DNA of 64,000 nucleotides from Elusimicrobiota bacterium (GTDB lineage: Bacteria; Elusimicrobiota; Elusimicrobia; F11): the NCBI GenBank assembly GCA_044221725.1, contig JBGAON010000005.1, positions 32,001-96,000 of the forward strand, given 5' to 3'. Below are positions 18,442-25,716 of the stretch, piece by piece. The first letter of the stretch is position 1. Every line of letters starts with the position of its first letter. Below the pieces are notes generated by a model. It saw only the letters and a program-made list of their open reading frames with translations, was not told the DNA's origin and did not search any database. A program made the translations under genes and the position numbers.

Positions 18442-19499
18442 TGCCTACCGTTTCTGAAATCCGCAAAGTTCTTGCTACCGTCGAGGAACCCGAGCTCCGC
18501 AAAGATATTGTCTCGCTGAACATGGTGAAAAACATCACGACCGAAAACGGCGTGGTGGCCATCAATGTTGAGCTGACGACGCCCGCGTGTCCCTTAAAAG
18601 ACGAAATAAAGACGCGCATCGTTAATGCGGTCAACAAAATTTCCGGTGTGAAAAGCGTGGACGTGGAATTTTCCGCGCGTGTTTTGCAGGCGCGGCCCGT
18701 GCAGGCAAGAGCCGCGATCGAGGGCGTGAAACACATCGTTGCGGTCTATGCGTGCAAAGGCGGTGTCGGAAAATCCACGGTGTCCACAAATTTGGCCACG
18801 GCGCTCGCGGTTCGTGGCGCCCGTGTGGGACTGCTGGACGCCGATATTCATGGGCCGAACGTGCCGCTCATGATGGGCGCGTCTGGGCGCGCCGAGGTGT
18901 CCGACAAAAACAAAATAACACCGATCACGGCGCATGGCGTGAAAACCATGTCGCTCGGTTACGTGATGGATACCGATGCACCGAAGATTTGGCGCGGACC
19001 GATGATTCATGGAGCCGTGCAACAATTGTTGCGAGATACCGAATGGGGCGAGCTTGACTACCTTATTATTGACCTGCCTCCCGGGACAGGCGATGCGCAG
19101 TTGACCGTTGTTCAATCTGTGCCGTTGTCGGGCGTCGTGGTTGTGTCGACGCCGCAAGCGGTCTCGCTTTTGGACGGTGCCAAGGGAATTGGCATGTTTC
19201 AAAAATTAAATGTGCCGATGTTGGGGCTTGTGGAAAACATGTCGGGTTTTGAGTGTCCGCATTGTCATGAAGTGACCAATATTTTTTCGACCGGCGGTGC
19301 AAAGGCCGAAGCGGAACGACTAAAAATTCCGTTTCTTGCGGCCATCCCGATTGATCCGCAGATTGTCGTTGGTGGAGATTCCGGGAAGCCCGTTGTTGTC
19401 ACAAGTCCGTCATCCCAAACCGCACAACTATTTTTCAACGTCGCTGAAAGGGTCGCCGCAAACATCAGCATAAATCAATTCGAAATGGCGAACGCCTAA
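18441..19499 (+). CDS. mrp: Mrp/ApbC/NBP35 Fe-S carrier ATPase with N-terminal DUF59 domain
   Basis: LTTPACP, KGGVGKST, DADIHGP, DLPPGTGD and ENMS...CPHC; start coupled to the upstream stop. Confidence 0.93.
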   Translation: MPTVSEIRKVLATVEEPELRKDIVSLNMVKNITTENGVVAINVELTTPACPLKDEIKTRIVNAVNKISGVKSVDVEFSARVLQARPVQARAAIEGVKHIVAVYACKGGVGKSTVSTNLATALAVRGARVGLLDADIHGPNVPLMMGASGRAEVSDKNKITPITAHGVKTMSLGYVMDTDAPKIWRGPMIHGAVQQLLRDTEWGELDYLIIDLPPGTGDAQLTVVQSVPLSGVVVVSTPQAVSLLDGAKGIGMFQKLNVPMLGLVENMSGFECPHCHEVTNIFSTGGAKAEAERLKIPFLAAIPIDPQIVVGGDSGKPVVVTSPSSQTAQLFFNVAERVAANISINQFEMANA

Positions 19500-19579
19500 A
19501 TAGGGCTTGCTGGCCCTAGGGTCTCATGGTATTTTTGGTTCATTCTGAATTTTAAATGTGTTTTAAGGAGGCCTAACCG

Positions 19580-20017
19580 ATGAAGTACGCCATTGCCGGT
19601 TTAACCGCATTGCTGTTGGTTGGTTGCGGAGGCAGCAAGTCCTACGTGAAAAAAGGGGAAATATCAAAAACCCTCGACCAAGAGGCTGTGCAGAAAAAAT
19701 ATCTCGAAGCCATTGGTATCGGCGCGGCCGATCAGACCTTAACGAACACCACTCAAAAGCGCGCCACGTCCCGCAATGCCGCGATTGTGGCCGCGCAATA
19801 CGAAATGTTGTCGATGATCAAAGGTGTTGAGCTCGAAGGTGGAATCCGCGTAGAGAAGGCGATGGAAACAGATTCGGTGCTGCAAACAAAAATCGACGAA
19901 GCCATCAAAGGTGCTGAGATCATTAAATCGGAATGGACCAACGACGATGGTTGTTTGGTCACAATTCGATTGGACAAGAAACGGCTCCAGGACATGATGG
20001 GAGTGAAATTTAAATAA
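19580..20017 (+). CDS. Lipoprotein, LPP20/FlgP-like
   Basis: Lipobox LVGC; AIGIGA...A..AA...A...L...IKGV pattern; AAGGAGG SD. Confidence 0.65.
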   Translation: MKYAIAGLTALLLVGCGGSKSYVKKGEISKTLDQEAVQKKYLEAIGIGAADQTLTNTTQKRATSRNAAIVAAQYEMLSMIKGVELEGGIRVEKAMETDSVLQTKIDEAIKGAEIIKSEWTNDDGCLVTIRLDKKRLQDMMGVKFK

Positions 20018-21222
20018 TGGAAGGCCGTCGTCGTTCCCGCGTTAGCGGGAACCCAGACAAATCAGAATCGGCACGCAAAAATGTCGGTGTCTGGGCCCCC
20101 GTCCCATCAAAACTAGGACGGCACCGACATTTATCATTGTCGAACGGTGCCGCCTACGCGGGGGCGACGATGTTGCTTCTTTCCGTTTCAATCTTGGTTG
20201 GGTGTGTTGGTCCGAAATCTCGGTTGAAACTTGGCAAGACAGCCGAAGGTGAAGTTGTCGAAGCCGAGGGGTTTGCGCCGAACGATCCGAAAGACATTCT
20301 CGCTACCAAAAGAAGTTCGCTTGTTGATGCTCAACGCAATGCCATAGAAAAAGCCGTCGGTGTTTTCGTTTCGGGCAAGACGATGGTCGAAAAAGCCATC
20401 GCCATTGAAAACAATATCCTCGCGAAGAGCGACGGCTACATCAAGAAGTACGACGTTATCGCCGAAGGTCCCTCCGAAAACAACCTTTACCGAACCAAAA
20501 TCCGCGCACTCGTCGCGCTGAAAGATCTCGAAAAGGACTTGAAGCAAATGTCGCTTCTCAAAACGGCGCAAGTGCTTCGCCCGCGCGTGACAATCGACCT
20601 TGTTGAGAAAGTGGACAAAGCCGCGGTTGATGAAGGGGCGGCCTCGAGCGCGCTGCAGCAAAGTCTCATGCAGCAAGGTTTTGTTGTGGTTCAAGGCGAC
20701 CGTGCCAAAGAGGCGGAGCTCGTCATCAAAGGCAAAGCGTCGTCGTTTCCATTTCAAACCGAAGGATTGGGTGGATTCGTTTCGTACCGCGCGCGATTGG
20801 CTGTGCAGGTCATGCGCCCTGGTACGCAAGACGTTGTTTACTCAACGAGCAAAGAAGCGAGCGGGCTGGGCGGCAATGCTGACTTGGCCGCGCTTAAATC
20901 CCTCGAGACGGTGGGCGATGTGACAGGCAAAGAGATGGGCACGCAGTTAACTGATTTGTGGTCCAAAGGTGCGAACGCACTCGTTTATGTGGAAGGTGTG
21001 AAATCTTTCGGCGACGTTGAGCGCGTGCGGAAGCATTTGGTTTCTCAGCCGGGCGTGGCCGATATTGCACTGCGGTTGTACGATGAAGGCATGGCTCAAT
21101 TTGAACTCCAATTGGACAAGGTTCAGCTGGCCGAGCTCGCGGCGACATTGGAAAAAAGTCAGTCGTTGCCGCTGAAAGTTCTTGAAACAACCCCACAATC
21201 CCTCCGCCTAAATCTTCCTTAA
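20017..21222 (+). CDS. Lipoprotein with FlgT N-terminal-like domain; signal peptide interrupted by a palindromic element
   Basis: TAATG coupling to the upstream gene; lipobox LVGC; VEAEG...DAQRNAIEKAVGVFVS...GYIKKY pattern. Confidence 0.65.
   Translation: MEGRRRSRVSGNPDKSESARKNVGVWAPVPSKLGRHRHLSLSNGAAYAGATMLLLSVSILVGCVGPKSRLKLGKTAEGEVVEAEGFAPNDPKDILATKRSSLVDAQRNAIEKAVGVFVSGKTMVEKAIAIENNILAKSDGYIKKYDVIAEGPSENNLYRTKIRALVALKDLEKDLKQMSLLKTAQVLRPRVTIDLVEKVDKAAVDEGAASSALQQSLMQQGFVVVQGDRAKEAELVIKGKASSFPFQTEGLGGFVSYRARLAVQVMRPGTQDVVYSTSKEASGLGGNADLAALKSLETVGDVTGKEMGTQLTDLWSKGANALVYVEGVKSFGDVERVRKHLVSQPGVADIALRLYDEGMAQFELQLDKVQLAELAATLEKSQSLPLKVLETTPQSLRLNLP
20029..20169. repeat. RPE-like palindromic element inside coding sequence
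   Basis: Terminal inverted repeats CGTCGTTCCCGCGT / ACGCGGGGGCGACG; inner CCCAGACA/TGTCTGGG; 141 bp long. Confidence 0.8.
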
Positions 21223-21909
21223 ATGTTTCGTCTGTCCGTTGCCTGTCCGACGGTAATGTTATCGTTGTTTCTGGCCGGATGCAAAGTCGAACCACCGAAA
21301 CCACAGACCGTTAAAACGATTGCAATTTTGCCGTTTGACAGCGAAGCGACGAACATTAATGCTCCCGATGCTTTGCAGCGACTGGTCTATCGCGCATTGA
21401 AACATTCGTCCTACACGGTGTCGGACATCGGCGAAACGAACAAAAGGCTGGCTGATGTTGGGATTGTCGACGGCGGCCAGCTGCCCGCGCTTGATCCCGT
21501 TAAAATTGCAAAGGATTTCGGTGTACAGGCGTTGTTGTATGGAAACGTGGCCAGTTTTGGCTATGCGAATATTGGCTTTTATTCGCAGCGGAAGGTGGCT
21601 TTGGAGCTCTGGCTCGTCGATGGGACCACCGGACAAACGATTTGGGAGCACACGGGAAGCGGCACAACGCGGAACTTTGCGACGGACTCCAAGCAAGCGC
21701 AGGCAAATTTCGAGAAGAGTCTTGCCGAGCAGTTGGTGGACAAGCTTTTAAAGAATCCATTGGACGGTGAATCACGCCTTGCTACACTCGACGCGCTTCG
21801 AACATTGCCGGGCTTTTTGTTTAGCGGGTTTGCTGACGATGGCCAGAGCCCTTCGGACGCCACACGCGGCGTTCAGAAATCGATCACGGATTTTATTCGC
21901 AAAAAGTAG
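21223..21909 (+). CDS. Lipoprotein, DUF799/GNA1162 (CsgG/FlgO-fold)-like
   Basis: Lipobox LAGC; TIAILPF...GVQALLYGNV...LVDGTTGQTIW. Confidence 0.7.
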   Translation: MFRLSVACPTVMLSLFLAGCKVEPPKPQTVKTIAILPFDSEATNINAPDALQRLVYRALKHSSYTVSDIGETNKRLADVGIVDGGQLPALDPVKIAKDFGVQALLYGNVASFGYANIGFYSQRKVALELWLVDGTTGQTIWEHTGSGTTRNFATDSKQAQANFEKSLAEQLVDKLLKNPLDGESRLATLDALRTLPGFLFSGFADDGQSPSDATRGVQKSITDFIRKK

Positions 21910-21921
21910 GAGGAGGACACA

Positions 21922-22854
21922 ATGAAAGCATCAAAGTTTTTATCCGCGAACGTTGGTGTGTTGTTGATGTTAACGGCGTGCGCGCCGGGCACGAAAATTA
22001 CCGAAAAGAACTCCACGACTGTCAACGAAACAAAAAAAGTTGAATCAAAATACACGGGACCGAAACGTCGCATTGGTGTCGTGTCATTCGAAAACAAGGC
22101 GCCCTACGCGCAGAACCGAATCGGAAACACGGCCACCGATATCCTTATTACCGAGCTCACGAAATCTGGAAAATTTATTGTCGTTGAACGTGACAAGATG
22201 GACAAGCTTCTCGAAGAACAAAAACTTGGGCAGTCGGGCGCCATTGATCCGAACACGGCCGCCAAAGTCGGAAAGATTCTTGGGCTGAACGCCATTGTCA
22301 CGGGAAGCGTATCTCAATTTGGTGTGAAAAAAGAAGGGAAGGATTTTATTATCTCGGAAAGCAAACAGCAGATCGTCGAATGCACTGTCGACGTGCGCGT
22401 TGTTGATGCCGAAACGGGTCAGGTATTGTTGGCCGATTCCGGAAAAGGTGTTGTGAAAAAATCCTCTGGCAAAATCTTGGGCATGGGAAATCAGTCGAAG
22501 TATGACGAGACGCTTGAAGGTGAAGCGTTGCGTGCCGCGATCGTTAAATTCGTCGACAATATTATTTATCAAGTGAACAAGAAGCCGTGGAGCTGCCGCG
22601 TGGCGGCTGTTAAAGATGGCAAAATCTATTTGAACGCTGGAATCGAAGCGGGTCTGCAAGAAGGTCAGAAGCTGCGTGCGTTTTCGCAGGGTGCGGAAAT
22701 TTTGGATCCCACAACCGGCCTTGTCATTGGGCAAGAAGAAGAGGAGCTTGGTGTTCTGAAGATAGCCTCGTTCTTCGGTGACAACGGTGCCATCGCCAAC
22801 GTCATTTCGGGATCTGTGCCCAAACCAAAGGATTTATGTCGTTTGGCGGACTAA
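21922..22854 (+). CDS. CsgG/HfaB-family lipoprotein with FlgT-C-like domain
   Basis: Lipobox LTAC; KRRIGVVSFEN, FIVVERDKM and VDVRVVDAETG; C-terminal IYLNAG...LDPTTG. Confidence 0.8.
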   Translation: MKASKFLSANVGVLLMLTACAPGTKITEKNSTTVNETKKVESKYTGPKRRIGVVSFENKAPYAQNRIGNTATDILITELTKSGKFIVVERDKMDKLLEEQKLGQSGAIDPNTAAKVGKILGLNAIVTGSVSQFGVKKEGKDFIISESKQQIVECTVDVRVVDAETGQVLLADSGKGVVKKSSGKILGMGNQSKYDETLEGEALRAAIVKFVDNIIYQVNKKPWSCRVAAVKDGKIYLNAGIEAGLQEGQKLRAFSQGAEILDPTTGLVIGQEEEELGVLKIASFFGDNGAIANVISGSVPKPKDLCRLAD

Positions 22855-22920
22855 AAAAGTACTTCGTAAAGCGTACTTCGTGCTTCGAAGTACGGGGCGC
22901 GAGGGACTAGGTACCTTTTT

Positions 22921-24240
22921 ATGGATGTTATTCTCGTTCACGGTTACAACGTTACGTCGACAAACACCTACGGTGTGCTGCCGCAGCGTCTAAAAGCGGC
23001 CGGCCACAACATCAAGGATGTTTATCTCAGCAAGTACGTCACGCTTGATAACGACATTGCGATTGGTGACATTGTTCGCGCTTTCCAGGCGGCGCTTCTC
23101 GACGTGTACGGTGGAAAATTGGAACAACCGTTTGCCTGCATCACGCATTCCACCGGTGGACTTGTGGCACGGTCATGGATCGATGCCTATTACGGGAACG
23201 CGATGGCGTCCTTGCCTATGACGCACCTCATTATGCTGGCTCCGCCCACAAACGGTTCCCGCCTCGCTGAGCTGGGGAAATCGCGATTGAGTCGACTGCG
23301 CAGCCTCGTTGGCGTCGAGCCGGGACTCAAAGTTCTCGATGCGCTCGAGCTCGGCAGTGAATTCCAATGGGAATTGAACTCGCGTTGGATGCAAAAAAAA
23401 TTGCACGCAGCGCCCGGTTTTTATCCCGTTGTGATCGCCGGGCAATGGATCGATAAAAAGTTGTGGGACTCGATTATTCCCGCGACCTACGAACGCGGAT
23501 CGGATGGCGTTGTGCGTGCGTCCGCTGCGAATCTTAATATGCAAAAGATTACGGTAAATCCGGATGGAACAATTTTGCGGGAAGTGATGGGAGGCATTCC
23601 ATTTCTTATTACGCCAAAAACGTCGCATTCGGACGAACGGTACGGAATTATGGGCAGCGTTCCAGCGCGCGGAAGTCATCCGGTTCTGGACGGGATTCTC
23701 GCGGTGCTCGACGTTGACAGCCGTGAAGAATACGACGCGCTCGAAGCCGATTTTGCAATGAAAACCACAATGCTTCAGCGCAAAGAGACCTATTACGACG
23801 GATCAAAGCTCGAGCGCTATTCGCAAGTTGTGTTTCGTGTGATGGACAATGCGGGCAACAGATTGGATGACTACGCGCTTGAAATTATCGATGCGTCCGG
23901 TCGCGGCGACCGGTTGCCAAGCGGATTCTTTGGCGATAAACACAAGAACGAAAACAGCCCTGAGAAATTTGTTTATTACGTCAACTACGACCGTATGTCC
24001 GATATCAAAGGTGGAAAGGTGGGCTTTCGAATCACCTGCGCTCCCGATACGCCGTTGGTCAATTATAAGGAAGCTACGTTTCTAGCGCCGCTCGATGTGA
24101 GCGGCGTGGTGAAGCCCAATCAAACAACGTTTGTTGATGTGATCCTAAAGCGGCGCATTAACCGCAATGTTTTCCAAATCACGAACGACTTCTCTTATCA
24201 GAAAATTACCGGACAGCCCGGCGAAGAGTGGATCGATTGA
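22921..24240 (+). CDS. plaB: PlaB-like phospholipase A (alpha/beta hydrolase)
   Basis: VHG...TNTYG.LP, FACITHSTGG, LIMLAP..GS.LA.LGKSRL and GSDGVVR match my recollection of Legionella PlaB. Confidence 0.78.
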   Translation: MDVILVHGYNVTSTNTYGVLPQRLKAAGHNIKDVYLSKYVTLDNDIAIGDIVRAFQAALLDVYGGKLEQPFACITHSTGGLVARSWIDAYYGNAMASLPMTHLIMLAPPTNGSRLAELGKSRLSRLRSLVGVEPGLKVLDALELGSEFQWELNSRWMQKKLHAAPGFYPVVIAGQWIDKKLWDSIIPATYERGSDGVVRASAANLNMQKITVNPDGTILREVMGGIPFLITPKTSHSDERYGIMGSVPARGSHPVLDGILAVLDVDSREEYDALEADFAMKTTMLQRKETYYDGSKLERYSQVVFRVMDNAGNRLDDYALEIIDASGRGDRLPSGFFGDKHKNENSPEKFVYYVNYDRMSDIKGGKVGFRITCAPDTPLVNYKEATFLAPLDVSGVVKPNQTTFVDVILKRRINRNVFQITNDFSYQKITGQPGEEWID

Positions 24241-24242
24241 TT

Positions 24243-24323
24243 CGTCATCCTGGCATGTCGTTAGCCAGGATCCATGGAAACAGTGGGAAAAGTGGGCCCT
24301 GGATAGAGACATTCCAGGGCGAC
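24243..24323. repeat. Palindromic miniature element, copy 2
   Basis: CGTCATCCTGGC...GCCAGGATCCAT / GTGGGCCCTGGA...TTCCAGGGCGAC; lies between convergent genes; homologous to 1048-1129. Confidence 0.8.
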
Positions 24324-24326
24324 AGC

Positions 24327-25631
24327 TTAAATCGGTTCCGCCGAGAATTCGTAAGCGTCGTAGCTGGTTAACTTCGCAGTAACGAAACGGCCGCCGCGCG
24401 CAGCTTTGGCTGGTAGGCGCACCACGGCGTCAATTTCGGGGGCTTCTTTGGCCGTGCGGCCCAACACAAAGTCGCCTTCCTCTTCCTCAATCAAAACCGT
24501 TTCGTTGTCTCCAATCCTTTTTTGGGATTTGAAATGGGAAACGTTGAATTGTGTGGACATCAACGCTTCAAGGCGTTCTTTCTTTATTTCCTCCGGAATT
24601 TGGTCGGTTCGCACGGCGGACGGTGTGTTTTCTTCTTTTGAATACGTGAATGCGCCCATGTAATCGAAATGTCCCTCGTTCACGAAAGCATTCAGTTTTG
24701 TGAATTGGTCGTCGGTTTCTCCTGGATGTCCGACGATAAATGTCGTTCGAAGGCTGAGGTTCGGAAGTTTCTTGTGAATTTTTTCAAGCAACGCGCGCAG
24801 CTCGCTTTCTCCGAGCAGACGGTTCATCTGCGTGAGCATCGCACCGTCAATATGCTGAAGCGGCATGTCGAGGTACGGGAAAATTTCGGGTGATTCTGCG
24901 AACACAGCCAGTAACTCGTTGGAAAAAGAATGCGGATGCATGTACATGAGACGGATCCAACGAAGCCCTTTAATCTCGCGCATCTTGCGAAGAAGGCTCG
25001 GCAATCGGCGCTCCTTGTATATGTCGCGACCCCAGTCGCCAGTGTCCTGGCCGATAATTACAATCTCCTCGATGCCACGCCCCGCCAGCTTCCGCGCTTC
25101 GTCCAAAATCTTTTCTTCCGGCCGACTTTGCAAGCTTCCGCGCAGTTTTGGAATCACGCAAAAGGAACACGGATGACTGCAGCCTTCCGATAACCGGAGA
25201 TTTGCGGTGGGTCCGTTCTCGGAAAGCTCCCGCTCCGCGTCCGGATCGGTTAGCCCGCCCGGGTTCGTTCGATCGAGAAACCGCTCACGCGGGTTTTTAA
25301 GCAAATCTGGAATCTGGCTCAGCTGACCGGTTCCAAGGAAAGCGTCCACTTCCGGCAACTCGACCATCATTTCTTTGCCGTGTTGCTGAACCATGCAACC
25401 GGTCACGTACAGCTTTTTCTTTTCGCCTTTAAGCCGCGCGGCTTCGAGGATTGTCTGAACGGATTCTTTTTTGGCTGCCTCAATGAACGAACAAGTGTGA
25501 ATGACGATGGCGTCCGCGTCGGCGGCGTCTTTTTCAACAGAGAATCCTTGTTTTTTTAGGAGGCCGGTGAGGTTTTCGGTATCGTTCGTGTTCTTCGCGC
25601 AACCCAGCGTGATGATTGAAACTTTTTCCAT
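24327..25631 (-). CDS. rimO: Ribosomal protein S12 methylthiotransferase
   Basis: TLGCAKN, TCSFIEAAKKES, radical SAM CSHPCSFC, RTTFIVG and EAPEID. Start taken at MEKVS. Confidence 0.95.
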   Translation of the reverse strand: MEKVSIITLGCAKNTNDTENLTGLLKKQGFSVEKDAADADAIVIHTCSFIEAAKKESVQTILEAARLKGEKKKLYVTGCMVQQHGKEMMVELPEVDAFLGTGQLSQIPDLLKNPRERFLDRTNPGGLTDPDAERELSENGPTANLRLSEGCSHPCSFCVIPKLRGSLQSRPEEKILDEARKLAGRGIEEIVIIGQDTGDWGRDIYKERRLPSLLRKMREIKGLRWIRLMYMHPHSFSNELLAVFAESPEIFPYLDMPLQHIDGAMLTQMNRLLGESELRALLEKIHKKLPNLSLRTTFIVGHPGETDDQFTKLNAFVNEGHFDYMGAFTYSKEENTPSAVRTDQIPEEIKKERLEALMSTQFNVSHFKSQKRIGDNETVLIEEEEGDFVLGRTAKEAPEIDAVVRLPAKAARGGRFVTAKLTSYDAYEFSAEPI

Positions 25632-25716
25632 GGACGGCGGAGAATACACTTTTTGGTATTATTCCGGCCGATATGTTGAGTTTCGCTCTAACCTTTTCTC
25701 CGTCGGAGAACATTTG

